A stretch of 64,000 nt of DNA from Acidimicrobiales bacterium (GCA_030742755.1 JASLTU010000004.1:912-64911); one strand, 5' to 3'; positions 52,393 through 62,360 are shown, counted from the first letter of the stretch. Program-made: numbers and translations. Notes: a model not told the origin generated them from the sequence alone.

Positions 52393-53594
52393 AAATGGAA
52401 AAGAAATTAGAACGATTAAGAAATGGAGACATTTTTGAGGATCTGATTCATGCTTGGAAAAGATTAGGTCGGCTTGTATACAACGACACAGCAACGGATC
52501 CTCAATCATTGGAAAGAGCAACAGGGTTATTGTATATGACCCGTTACTTGGCAGCAGGCGCCACACTAGCAATGGAACTAAACGATCCTGAATATCCATA
52601 TTTTGATCGTTGGGCAGACAGGTCATATTCTTGGGGAATCGACTCCCCAGACGGCTTGTATTCGTTTGCCTGCATTAGTGGAGATTCGACATATCGTATT
52701 TTCGGAAATCGCGGTACAGCACACCAATTTGATATTGAGGTTCATTCTCCACATTTCGCAAACGCCCCAAATTATAAAAGAACTGGGAATTTAGGATTTG
52801 CTGACATAAAGACTGAACTAGATGGAAGTGTGGAAATAATTCTCAGTCCTGAACCTCCTCCAGATGAAAATAAACATAATTGGATACAACTAGCACCTGA
52901 TGCCGAGTCAATTTGCATAAGACAGTTTTTTTATGACTGGGAAAATGAACAGAAAGCAGAACTGCTAATTGAAAAAGTTGATGCCCAATATCCACCTCCG
53001 CCTGAAAAACCTGAAGCCATAGTCAACAAGGCAGAGCTTTTAATCAAATGGCTTGATGAAGCTGGAACATTTTGGGATGAGGTTATTCGTACCTTTATGA
53101 ATAAACCAAATACAGTTACATTTTTAAACCCAGATGAAAGTGACTGGGGTGGCCATGGAGGTCTTTCATATGGAATGGGGTCGATAGAAATAGCTCAAAA
53201 TGAAGCCGCACTCCTAGAAGTAACACCGCCAGATTGCCATTTTTGGGGTTTTCAGCTTGGAAGTATCTACTGGGAGTCAATGGATTGGTGGCGAAGGCAG
53301 ACCTCATTGAATGGTTTTCAGGCAAAATGTGATTCTGATGGTGTTTTTCGTTGCGTCATTTCAGCCAAAGATCCAGGTGTTTGCAACTGGCTTGACACTG
53401 CTGGTTATTCACAGTTGACAATAATGGGCCGTTGGTTGCATGCTCGCGATTTTCCACAACCGACAATCAAAGTTTTACCGTTTGAGGAAATTGACAGCTA
53501 TCTTCCGGAAAATACTCAAAGAGTCAATGCGGATGAAAGAAGTGAGATTATTAGAAATCGAAATTTGGCAGCCCAGAAGATTTTAGGTCTTTGA
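52389..53594 (+). CDS. DUF1214-like domain protein
   Basis: GID.PD..Y, YRI.G.RG, IRQFFYDW, WESMDW, DG..R.VIS..DPGV.NWLDTAG. Confidence 0.7.
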   Translation: MKMEKKLERLRNGDIFEDLIHAWKRLGRLVYNDTATDPQSLERATGLLYMTRYLAAGATLAMELNDPEYPYFDRWADRSYSWGIDSPDGLYSFACISGDSTYRIFGNRGTAHQFDIEVHSPHFANAPNYKRTGNLGFADIKTELDGSVEIILSPEPPPDENKHNWIQLAPDAESICIRQFFYDWENEQKAELLIEKVDAQYPPPPEKPEAIVNKAELLIKWLDEAGTFWDEVIRTFMNKPNTVTFLNPDESDWGGHGGLSYGMGSIEIAQNEAALLEVTPPDCHFWGFQLGSIYWESMDWWRRQTSLNGFQAKCDSDGVFRCVISAKDPGVCNWLDTAGYSQLTIMGRWLHARDFPQPTIKVLPFEEIDSYLPENTQRVNADERSEIIRNRNLAAQKILGL

Positions 53595-53648
53595 TTCCGC
53601 TTTGGGTTACACCTATATCATCAAGCTAAAGTTCATCAGGGGGTAATT

Positions 53649-54989
53649 GTGAAAAGTTTATTATTCGCAACTTGTTGTACTCTTATGTTGTTTTTTTCTG
53701 CTTGCGGCGGAGAAGAGAAAGAAGCCGCTCCGACTGTGACTGTGGCTCCGACTACGACTGTGGCTCCGACTACAACAACAGCCGCACCTATTATTCTCAC
53801 AGATTCATTTCGAGGCGTAACAGCTGAGACAATAAAAGTCGGTTTCACATCAATCGATTTCGAGCTCTTTAATGAGCAATTTCCCGGATTAAATCTGACC
53901 TATGCAAATTATCCGCCAATGGTCGATGTTCTGGTGGAAGATCTAAACGCAAGAGGCGGCATTCTAGGAAGGGAAGTAGAGATAATCCATCGTTTGTTCC
54001 TACCGGTCGGACCTTTAACAGCGGAGGTTGCATGTGTTGAATTAACAGAAGATGAAGAAGTTTTCGCTGTATTAAATGGCTTCGCTGGTCCTGGAGCTGA
54101 GGGCGTCAATGAATGTTTTGCAGATACTTATGAAACTATTCTTGTAGGAGCAAAACCTACAATTGAACAGTTAGAGCGGGCACGTGCATCTTGGATAACT
54201 AGTGATATGAATCTCAGTAGGAGAGGACGAGCTTTTGTTAGTCTTTTAAGACAAACAGGCAGCCTTGAAGAACTTGGGAGAATAATGATTTGGGGTGCAG
54301 ATCCAGAATCTGAACCTGTAATGGCTGAAGTAAAAGAGTTGCTTGAAGCAGAAGGTGTTTCGGTTCCAATTGTCACATCGAATGAAAATACTGGAGATGA
54401 AACAGCGACAATAGCCTTCCTAGAGGTGGTTCTCGAAAAGGCAAGAAGCGAAGATGTCTCTACAATTTGGTTCGTAGGGGAAGCCATTTATGCAATGGAA
54501 TACCTGTTTGGTTTAGGAGATGAATTTAATTTGTTGTTGCATAATGGTGATTCTCTTAATATGTGGTCTCAGGAACCACCTCCAGAAATTGAGAATTCTG
54601 GTTTAATCCTTACGAACAAAGCCTTTGATAGTCGCGAAGATCCTTCCTTTGCACATTGTATGGATCTTGTTGAAGAGGCACTTGAAATTGAAGTGAGACC
54701 TCCTGATCAACTTGGACCGGAAGACACAAATTATTGGCCTGGCACAGCAGGGTCATGTCAGTTCTTATCTTTATTCGAAACAGTGGCAACTGCCGCTGGT
54801 CCGGATTTAACTAACGAAACCTTTGCACAAGCAGCTGCCACTATGGGCAGTTTTTCCTTGCCAGGTTATGAATATGTCTCACTTGGGTCCGACAAGTTTG
54901 ATGCAAGAGATTCGTTGATTTTAGGACGGTGGAATAAAGAAGAAGAGCAATGGGAGGCTATTTCTGAGGAAATTAACACCTCAGAATAA
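53649..54989 (+). CDS. Lipoprotein substrate-binding protein (type 1 periplasmic-binding fold)
   Basis: Lipobox FSAC, Thr/Pro linker, RGVT..TIKVG, LNARGGILGR, AC..LTED..VFAV, AGP.LT. Confidence 0.8.
   Translation: MKSLLFATCCTLMLFFSACGGEEKEAAPTVTVAPTTTVAPTTTTAAPIILTDSFRGVTAETIKVGFTSIDFELFNEQFPGLNLTYANYPPMVDVLVEDLNARGGILGREVEIIHRLFLPVGPLTAEVACVELTEDEEVFAVLNGFAGPGAEGVNECFADTYETILVGAKPTIEQLERARASWITSDMNLSRRGRAFVSLLRQTGSLEELGRIMIWGADPESEPVMAEVKELLEAEGVSVPIVTSNENTGDETATIAFLEVVLEKARSEDVSTIWFVGEAIYAMEYLFGLGDEFNLLLHNGDSLNMWSQEPPPEIENSGLILTNKAFDSREDPSFAHCMDLVEEALEIEVRPPDQLGPEDTNYWPGTAGSCQFLSLFETVATAAGPDLTNETFAQAAATMGSFSLPGYEYVSLGSDKFDARDSLILGRWNKEEEQWEAISEEINTSE
53727..53780 (+). repeat. 18-bp coding tandem repeat x3 (APT[V/T]TV linker)
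   Basis: GCTCCGACTGTGACTGTG / GCTCCGACTACGACTGTG / GCTCCGACTACAACAACA. Confidence 0.8.
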
Positions 54990-55099
54990 GACTCAGATTG
55001 GCAGAAATAATTAGCTTTATGTCTCAACGCGGTTAAGCCGTCTTTGACTTTTGTTAGGGTAGAAATCCACTAGGAAGTCCAAGCATTGGGAGTTGGCAT

Positions 55100-56680
55100 A
55101 TGGATGAGAAAAAAGAATTTCGGACTATGTCAGGTGTTCCAGTAACCTCTGTTTACGGAGAAGGACCATTACCTGGTGAGTTCCCATATACACGTGGAAT
55201 TCATTCAGGCATGTACAGAGACCGGTTGTGGACAATGCGTATGTTCGCCGGTTTTGGAACAGCAGAAGACACGAATGCGCGTTTTAAAGATCTTCTACGT
55301 GCCGGAGGCACGGGGCTTTCAACAGCTTTCGATATGCCAACTCTTATGGGTCGTGATTCTGACGATGAATGGTCACTAGGTGAAGTAGGGCGCGCTGGTG
55401 TGGCAGTAGACACTCTCGATGACATGATTGACCTTTTTGCTGATATTGATTTGGGTCAAGTATCTACATCAATGACAATTAACGGACCTGCAGCAATTCT
55501 TCTCGCAATGTATGTGGCAGTTGCAGAACAAGGTGGGGTAGAAAGATCGAAGCTTAATGGGACACTCCAGAATGACATACTTAAGGAATATCAGGCTCAA
55601 AAAGAATATATTTTCCCACCCCGACCATCTGTTCGCTTAGTAAGTGATGTCGTCAGTTTCACAGCTAATGAGATGCCACGTTGGAATCCGATCTCAATAT
55701 CTGGATATCACATTAGAGAGGCTGGTTCTACGGCTGCACAAGAGTTAGCTTTCACTTTGGCTAATGGATTTGCATATGTAGAAGCAGCGCAAGCAGCTGG
55801 TTTAAATGTAGATGACTTTGCACCCCGACTTAGTTTCTTTTTTAACAGCCATTCAGATTTCTTTGAAGAGATAGGGAAATTTCGTGCAGCAAGAAGAATC
55901 TGGGCGAGGTGGTTGCGTGATCGTTATGGAGCAAAAGATGAACGTAGTCACAAACTTCGTTTCCATACACAAACTGCTGGAGTGTCGCTAACAGCTCAGC
56001 AACCTGAAATAAATATTGCGCGTGTTGCTATACAGGCATTGGCAGGTGTCATAGGTGGGACTCAGAGTTTGCATACAGATAGCTACGACGAAGCTCTAGC
56101 TTTGCCAACTGAAGATGCAGCAAGAATTGCTTTACGAACACAACAGATTGTTGCTCACGAAACAGGTGTAACCAATGTTGCTGATCCTTTGGGAGGGTCA
56201 GATTATGTTGAGTGGATGACAGACGAAATGGAACGACAAGCTGAGGAAATTTTCAAACACCTGGAAGAATTAGGCGATGGCTCAATCCTTGAAGGTGTCT
56301 ATGTCGGAATAGAAAACGGTTGGTTTGTTGGAGAAATAGCAGATGCTGCATACAGGTTTGAACGTGAAGTAAACAGTGGTGAGCGTTTAATAGTAGGTGT
56401 AAATTCTTTCACAGAGGGTGGAGATGAAGACATCGACTTATTAAGTATTGACCCTGGAACTGAAGATATTCAACTTAAGAGATTGGCAGAAATAAAACAG
56501 TCAAGAGATAGTGACTTAGTTGAAAAAGCATTAAGCAGACTCTCGGCAGAAGCAGTTGATTCTGAAATAAATCTTATGCCAGCAATAATTGAAGCGGTGA
56601 AAGTTAGAGCGACAGAAGGTGAGATTGTGAGAGCACTCGAATCAGTATTTGGAACCTATGTAGAAAAGGCATTCGTATGA
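55100..56680 (+). CDS. B12-dependent acyl-CoA mutase large subunit, isobutyryl-CoA mutase (IcmA)-type
   Basis: PGEFPYTRG, WTMRMFAGFG, QNDILKEYQAQKE, SISGYHIREAG, FHTQTAG, ARIALRTQ. Confidence 0.88.
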   Translation: MDEKKEFRTMSGVPVTSVYGEGPLPGEFPYTRGIHSGMYRDRLWTMRMFAGFGTAEDTNARFKDLLRAGGTGLSTAFDMPTLMGRDSDDEWSLGEVGRAGVAVDTLDDMIDLFADIDLGQVSTSMTINGPAAILLAMYVAVAEQGGVERSKLNGTLQNDILKEYQAQKEYIFPPRPSVRLVSDVVSFTANEMPRWNPISISGYHIREAGSTAAQELAFTLANGFAYVEAAQAAGLNVDDFAPRLSFFFNSHSDFFEEIGKFRAARRIWARWLRDRYGAKDERSHKLRFHTQTAGVSLTAQQPEINIARVAIQALAGVIGGTQSLHTDSYDEALALPTEDAARIALRTQQIVAHETGVTNVADPLGGSDYVEWMTDEMERQAEEIFKHLEELGDGSILEGVYVGIENGWFVGEIADAAYRFEREVNSGERLIVGVNSFTEGGDEDIDLLSIDPGTEDIQLKRLAEIKQSRDSDLVEKALSRLSAEAVDSEINLMPAIIEAVKVRATEGEIVRALESVFGTYVEKAFV

Positions 56681-57090
56681 ACAAAAAAGAAAATGCACCG
56701 ATACGAATTGTTCTTGCAAAATTAGGTTTAGACGGGCATGACAGGGGTTTAAAAGTTGTAGCGAGAATGTTGAGAGATGCTGGGATGGAAGTTGTTTATT
56801 TAGGTTTAAGACAGACAACTGAAATGGTTGTGACAGCAGTCGAACAGGAAGATGCAGATGTTGTAGGTATATCTATGCATAACGCAGGACACTTAACGCT
56901 GGCGCCTCGGATAGTTAAAGCTTTAGAGGACGCTGGTCTTGACGTTCCAGTCATTGTGGGAGGAATAGTTCCTGAAAATGATCTAGAAGCTATGGCTGAA
57001 GCAGGAGTGGCTGGAGTTTTAGGCCCTGGTGCTTCAGCTGAAGATGTAGCTACATGTGTTCGTGAGGCAGTGGCCACCCGTGGCGAGTGA
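56677..57090 (+). CDS. Acyl-CoA mutase small, cobalamin-binding subunit
   Basis: KLGLDGHDRG base-off/His-on motif, VGG.VP. Confidence 0.93.
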   Translation: MNKKENAPIRIVLAKLGLDGHDRGLKVVARMLRDAGMEVVYLGLRQTTEMVVTAVEQEDADVVGISMHNAGHLTLAPRIVKALEDAGLDVPVIVGGIVPENDLEAMAEAGVAGVLGPGASAEDVATCVREAVATRGE

Positions 57091-58033
57091 AGACTCAACG
57101 TTAATTTCGCTTGTAGAAAAGGCCAGTGAGGGTGACAGACGCTCAGTTGGCCGGCTTTTAACACTAGTGGAAAGAGGGGGTGAGTCTGCAGAACAGGTTG
57201 CAGAGTCAACTCATACTCTTTCTGGAAAATCCCATGTTATAGGTATCACCGGAGCTCCTGGAGCTGGAAAGTCGACCCTTACAGCTTGTTTGGCTAGGGA
57301 TTTAGCGGTTTCTGGCTACAAACCTGCAGTGTTAGCAGTTGACCCATCATCACCTTTGACCGGAGGAGCAATTCTTGGTGATCGGGTGAGAATGGAAGAA
57401 GCATCAGAAGCAGGAGCTTTTATTCGTTCAATGGCGACGAGAGGGCATTCAGGGGGCTTAGCACTTGCAGTCCCTGGGATGGTCAGAGTATTTGACGCTT
57501 TTGGATTCAACCCAATAATTATTGAAACTGTAGGAGTGGGTCAGGTTGAAGTCGATGTCGCCTCGGCAGCAGACACAGTGGTGGTTGTTGTTACATCTGG
57601 ATGGGGAGATGCTGTTCAAGCTAATAAAGCTGGTTTACTTGAGATTGCCGATCTTTTTGTTGTAAACAAAGCGGATCGCCCCGGTGCTAGTGATGCAAGA
57701 AGAGATTTAGAACTAATGATTGATCTATCTCAAGTAACTGGACAAGCGACTAGAAGACCAGACATCGTTATGACCACAGCCATCGAGGGTGACGGATTGG
57801 AAGAATTTAAAAATGCTATTTTTGAACATAGGGACTTTTTGTCTGAAGGGGAACAAATTTCATTTAGACGTTCCAAGCGCTGGAAGGCTGAAGTTCGATC
57901 ACGCTTAGATTACTTACTTTCGGAAGTGGCGAGAGAATCGATAGAAAACATAGAAGAGAAAGAGGGCGCTTCTCCGGGTTCAGTAGCGCGTGAAATAGCC
58001 AGAAATATACTTAAAAAAAATGACTTTCGTTAA
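57080..58033 (+). CDS. meaB: Mutase-associated GTPase chaperone MeaB/ArgK
   Basis: GAPGAGKS, AVDPSSP..GGAILGDR.RM, ETVGVGQ.E, NKAD. Confidence 0.93.
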   Translation: MASEDSTLISLVEKASEGDRRSVGRLLTLVERGGESAEQVAESTHTLSGKSHVIGITGAPGAGKSTLTACLARDLAVSGYKPAVLAVDPSSPLTGGAILGDRVRMEEASEAGAFIRSMATRGHSGGLALAVPGMVRVFDAFGFNPIIIETVGVGQVEVDVASAADTVVVVVTSGWGDAVQANKAGLLEIADLFVVNKADRPGASDARRDLELMIDLSQVTGQATRRPDIVMTTAIEGDGLEEFKNAIFEHRDFLSEGEQISFRRSKRWKAEVRSRLDYLLSEVARESIENIEEKEGASPGSVAREIARNILKKNDFR

Positions 58034-58072
58034 ATCAAGTGGAGATAACTCATATCAGTTAAGATCTGAACC

Positions 58073-58555
58073 TTGAATTCAAAACTACGTTCAATATCTG
58101 GACGCCTCTTACAAGGCTATGCTCAGCGGCTCTTTCGTTATATGGGAGTGACCGTCATAAATACCATTGTCGGCCAGTCAGTGCTTTTCATATTTCATGC
58201 ACTAATTGGATTGCCAGGAATGGTTGCTAATGCGTGTGCAGTAGCGATTAGTACGATCCCTGCTTATTTATTAAGTCGAAACTACGTATGGGAACAGCCA
58301 AGAGGTGACCATTCAGTCGGAGGAGAGATAGCGCCTTTCTGGATGCTGGCTTTTGCTGGATTAGCTCTTTCAACAGCAGTCGTAGGAGTGGTAGATGGAA
58401 TTTTTGGTGGGACATGGTCAGTTCAAATCGCAAATGCTTCTGCTTATGGAACTTTATGGATCGTTAGGTTTCTAGTTCTAGAGCATCTCCTATGGGGTGA
58501 TTCAGCTAATAGTGATGAAGAAGAAGCAAAAAGTGATAAAAACCTTGCAGGTTAA
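58073..58555 (+). CDS. GtrA family membrane protein
   Basis: LFRY, four hydrophobic segments, AN......Y...R..VW. Confidence 0.78.
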   Translation: MNSKLRSISGRLLQGYAQRLFRYMGVTVINTIVGQSVLFIFHALIGLPGMVANACAVAISTIPAYLLSRNYVWEQPRGDHSVGGEIAPFWMLAFAGLALSTAVVGVVDGIFGGTWSVQIANASAYGTLWIVRFLVLEHLLWGDSANSDEEEAKSDKNLAG

Positions 58556-58557
58556 CT

Positions 58558-59196
58558 TTGGATAAACACGAAGAATTACTGATTGAATTAACTAAATCAG
58601 TCAAAGGCTTTATGCCAGTTGATGAGGGTCTAGCACTAAATCGACATGGAAATTCTTTGGATATTGAGGGTCCTCTTCTTGAAATTGGAAGTTACTGCGG
58701 TAAATCAGCTATTTATTTAGGATTTGCAGCAAAGGAAACTAAGAGACTTCTTTTTTCCGTTGATCATCACAGAGGGTCCGAGGAAAACCAACCAGGATGG
58801 GAATGGCATGACCCTGAAATTGTTGATTCAGAAACTGGATTAATAGACACTTTGCCAGAGTTCCGTCGCAATATAAAAAGAGCAGGTTTAGAAGACAATA
58901 TTGTTGCAGTGGTAGGCGATTCACCAGCGATTGCAAAAGATTGGAGCACGCCCTTAGCGTTGTTATTTATTGATGGGGGACATGGCTCAGAACCTGCACA
59001 TGCAGATTACGAAAGTTGGGTTCCAAAGTTACTTATTGGCGGGAAGCTTTTAATACATGATGTATTTGAAAATCCTGAAGAAGGGGGCAGGCCACCGTAT
59101 GAAATATTCCAACGAGCTTTAGCTTCTCAGTCTTTTGAAGAAATAGATGCAGTAGGTTCTTTGAGAGTTCTTAAAAGAATCAATTCCGGTATTTAG
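58558..59196 (+). CDS. Class I SAM methyltransferase, MMP 1-O-methyltransferase (MeT1)-like
   Basis: GFMP..EG, EIGSYCGKS, VDHH.GSEE.QPGWE.HD, FIDGGH, HDVF..P..GG. Confidence 0.82.
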   Translation: MDKHEELLIELTKSVKGFMPVDEGLALNRHGNSLDIEGPLLEIGSYCGKSAIYLGFAAKETKRLLFSVDHHRGSEENQPGWEWHDPEIVDSETGLIDTLPEFRRNIKRAGLEDNIVAVVGDSPAIAKDWSTPLALLFIDGGHGSEPAHADYESWVPKLLIGGKLLIHDVFENPEEGGRPPYEIFQRALASQSFEEIDAVGSLRVLKRINSGI

Positions 59197-59211
59197 CGGT
59201 AATTCAGTTTT

Positions 59212-60276
59212 CTAATCAAGATCAAGAATATGTTCTTCGGTGTCTATTATTTCAGGAAGTCCGGCCTTGTCAGTGAAAATACCTGAAGCAGGGCTTGACT
59301 GAGATATAGCATCGGCGGCCAGAATAACTGCAGCCGATGAATAAGTTGTTCTTTCAGCTTCTGGAAAAGATTGCTTTTCTGGATGTACAACTCCAGTCAA
59401 GTAATGTCCATCGACTTGTCTCATCTCTTGGCTCCAAAGAAAAAGAGATTCAGCTTTTTGTGTGTCTCCAGCAGCTAAATAAGCGATTGCGCATTCACAA
59501 GTTTCAGCTGTTGTTACCCAAGGCTGATCACTAACGCAACGAATACCTTTATTTTCCATAGTGAAAATATCTGATTTTTCGGAAAGTAAATTTTTGCCTT
59601 GATTTCCAGTAATAACTCCAGAAAGCACCGGATAATACCAATCCATCGCCCATCTTTCTTTAGGAGCGAATGCTTTATCAGGGTATTTTCTAACCACGTG
59701 AGCAAGATTGGCTAGAGATAGTTCCCAATCAGGTCTTTCATGTCCTAGTTCTTCTGCTATTGATATAGCGCAACGCAAACTATGGCAGATACTTGAAGAA
59801 CCGGTTAATAGAGCGTATGACCATGGGGTGCCATCAGGGTGCATAGCCCAGACAATCTCTCCGCGTGGAGTTTGCAAACTAAGTACGAAATCGACAGCAG
59901 GTTCGACTACTAGCCACATAGTTTCAAGAAATCCGCGGTCATGAGTCATTAGCCAGTGATGCCAAACTCCTGTTGCGACATATGCAACTACATTGGAATC
60001 ATGTTTTGGATCCTCGATCCCATTTTCAAGGTAGTAGTGGTGCCAAGCACCATTAGGTAGTTGTTTTTCTTTTAACCATAGATAGGCACTTTCTGCTGCA
60101 TCTAGATGGCCGGTTACAGCAAGTGCCATTGCGGCTTCTACGTGATTCCATGGATCTGAATGACCACCTGGGAACCATGGAATCATTCCATTAGGAAGCT
60201 GCCAGTCAATTATCGCTTCGGCGGTTTCTAGTAGCTCCTCTGTACTTACAACATTAGGGACATTAGGAAGAGACAT
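59212..60276 (-). CDS. (alpha/alpha)6-barrel 'prenyltransferase-like' protein, probable MMP hydrolase (MmpH)-like
   Basis: IPWF.GGH.DPWNHVEAAMAL, ALLTG.SSI..SLRCA, MDWYYPVL.G, PWVT.AETCE; cluster context. Confidence 0.72.
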   Translation of the reverse strand: MSLPNVPNVVSTEELLETAEAIIDWQLPNGMIPWFPGGHSDPWNHVEAAMALAVTGHLDAAESAYLWLKEKQLPNGAWHHYYLENGIEDPKHDSNVVAYVATGVWHHWLMTHDRGFLETMWLVVEPAVDFVLSLQTPRGEIVWAMHPDGTPWSYALLTGSSSICHSLRCAISIAEELGHERPDWELSLANLAHVVRKYPDKAFAPKERWAMDWYYPVLSGVITGNQGKNLLSEKSDIFTMENKGIRCVSDQPWVTTAETCECAIAYLAAGDTQKAESLFLWSQEMRQVDGHYLTGVVHPEKQSFPEAERTTYSSAAVILAADAISQSSPASGIFTDKAGLPEIIDTEEHILDLD

Positions 60277-61012
60277 GTTTGGCCTCCGTCATTGGTTTTG
60301 AAGCGTAGACAACGAGACTTTTACCTAAAAAAGGACTTAGAATTTTTTCTAGAAGTCTGGTAATCCAAGGCGATTTTTCAATATCCCAAGCTAAGACTCG
60401 ATGATAAGTTCTTACGAAAAAGTTGTCGTGTATTGGTTTATTCGGACCAATTATGCAACGTAGCCACCAGTAGGGGCTGTGTAGCGCATGAACTCGGTGG
60501 TGACCTTGAGGATCTAACCCAGAATCTGAAATCATTTTCGTGAGTTCTTTTCGTTTATAAATACGGACATGGCCTCCGACAGCCTTTGGGGCGTAGTAAT
60601 CGTCCGACAAAGACCAGCATATTTTTTCTGGAAAACGAGAAGGAATGGTGATAGCCAGAGTTCCTCCGGGACTTAGAACACGTTCAAGTTCGTTTAAGGC
60701 ATCTGAGTCATTATCAATATGTTCCATTACTTCAGAGCAAATAATTCGGTCAAAAGAATGATCAGCGAAAGGTAAACGGGTTGCATCACCATTAGTCGTC
60801 TCAATTGCTATCGGTGGTTTTATCTCGCCTTGCTCGTACATGACACCAGCTACTGCTCTTACTTGTTTCAATTCCTCAAAACCTAAATCACAAGCGACTA
60901 CTGAAGCTCCGCGTCTTAAAGCTTCATATGCATGACGTCCAAATCCACAACCCATATCTAGAATCCGGTCTCCAGACTCCACCCCTAGAAGGTCATAATC
61001 AGCTGTCAACAC
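60263..61012 (-). CDS. Class I SAM methyltransferase (OrfD-like candidate 3-O-methyltransferase)
   Basis: LDMGCGFGRH, GDATRLPF, SEVMEHI, GGHVRIY, HALHSPYWWL. Confidence 0.78.
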   Translation of the reverse strand: MLTADYDLLGVESGDRILDMGCGFGRHAYEALRRGASVVACDLGFEELKQVRAVAGVMYEQGEIKPPIAIETTNGDATRLPFADHSFDRIICSEVMEHIDNDSDALNELERVLSPGGTLAITIPSRFPEKICWSLSDDYYAPKAVGGHVRIYKRKELTKMISDSGLDPQGHHRVHALHSPYWWLRCIIGPNKPIHDNFFVRTYHRVLAWDIEKSPWITRLLEKILSPFLGKSLVVYASKPMTEAKHVSS

Positions 61013-61016
61013 GGAA

Positions 61017-62300
61017 TCAGCCTTTACTTTCAGCGAGAAGTGAATGGTATTGTTCTACAGTTCTTAAAGCAGTGTGATGCCAACTCCAGTTTTCTATAAC
61101 CCTCTGTCTTCCATTTTCTCCAACTCTTGAACGACTTTCAGAGCTATCTAAAACTTTCCCAATCATTGAGGCTAAAGCTTCGCTGTCACCAGGTGGTACT
61201 TGAAAACAAGTTTCATCATGAGGACCTGCAACTTCAGGTAAAGCACCACCAGTAGTAGTCACTAGTGGCACTCCACACGACATGGCCTCAATAGCTGGCA
61301 GTGAGAAACCCTCATACAAAGATGGGACTACAGCAATTTGAGCTTCACTGTATAGCTCCACAATTCGATCATCAGAGACTCCATGAACCCAGCTAACGCA
61401 ATCAGTTAACCCCAGTTCGTCAATAACATCTGTTGACGAACCACCTTCGGAAGGTTTTCCAATTATGACCAACTCTACGTCACGTTCAGTTTTTAGTTTT
61501 GCGACTGCTTCAAGCAGGTATTTCAATCCCTTCATAGCTACGTCAGCACTAGCTGTTGTAACTATCATCCCAGGTTTTCTTTCTACCCCAGAGACAGGTG
61601 CAAATAGTTCAGGATCAACTCCTACAGGTACGACATGTATACGATTTGGGTCAACTTTATGATCGGCGGCTATATCTACTTTTGATGATTCGGAAACGGT
61701 CATAACGCGATTCATACGTTTCGCCACTCTGGTTTGCATCTTTGTGAAGGCATACCAACGTCTTTTTGAAAATGATTCAAAAAGAGTTCTTGAATGTTCT
61801 ATTTCTAAACGTCTATCAACTGTAATTGGATGGTGAATAGTAGATAGTAAAGGAAACCTAGCCCTTTTTTGAAGCAGAGTTAACCCCCAACCTAAGCATT
61901 GATTGTCATGAACAAGATCGAATTCATCTTTTCTGGACTTCAGATAATCCCAAGCTCTCAAACTAAAAGATAGAGGCTCTGAAAAGTTGCCAGTATTGAA
62001 ACTAGCCACTTCAAGAAAGTCCCATTTGGTTTTAAGTTCCCATATTCTTGGTTTTCTCATAGGGAAGTGGTCATTAAAAATATCGAGGCTAGGAAGACGT
62101 ACGAGTTTCACCCGTTCATCTATTTCTGGATAAGGCTGACCTGAGAGGACTGTAACACTATGTCCTAAATCGGCAAGAGCTTTTGTCAAGTGTCGCGTGT
62201 AGACACCTTGACCACCACAGTGTGGTTTACCTCTGTATGAGAGATAAGCGATACGTAATTTGCGATTACTATCGATAACGCTATTTTCCGATTTAGACAT
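61017..62300 (-). CDS. GT4 glycosyltransferase (ManT-like)
   Basis: LSYR.KPHCGGQGVY, SGQPYP, HDNQCLG, TIHHPIT, PSLYEGFSLPAIEAM. Confidence 0.85.
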   Translation of the reverse strand: MSKSENSVIDSNRKLRIAYLSYRGKPHCGGQGVYTRHLTKALADLGHSVTVLSGQPYPEIDERVKLVRLPSLDIFNDHFPMRKPRIWELKTKWDFLEVASFNTGNFSEPLSFSLRAWDYLKSRKDEFDLVHDNQCLGWGLTLLQKRARFPLLSTIHHPITVDRRLEIEHSRTLFESFSKRRWYAFTKMQTRVAKRMNRVMTVSESSKVDIAADHKVDPNRIHVVPVGVDPELFAPVSGVERKPGMIVTTASADVAMKGLKYLLEAVAKLKTERDVELVIIGKPSEGGSSTDVIDELGLTDCVSWVHGVSDDRIVELYSEAQIAVVPSLYEGFSLPAIEAMSCGVPLVTTTGGALPEVAGPHDETCFQVPPGDSEALASMIGKVLDSSESRSRVGENGRQRVIENWSWHHTALRTVEQYHSLLAESKG

Positions 62301-62360
62301 TAGAACATTCTCGCTGAATTTTTGGCTGATTACTCACCGGTATTTAGATACTGTTGAGTA

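Noticed and set aside
54990-55099. Cobalamin riboswitch upstream of the B12 mutase
   Set aside because: Only about 110 nt and no recognisable B12-box or core motifs
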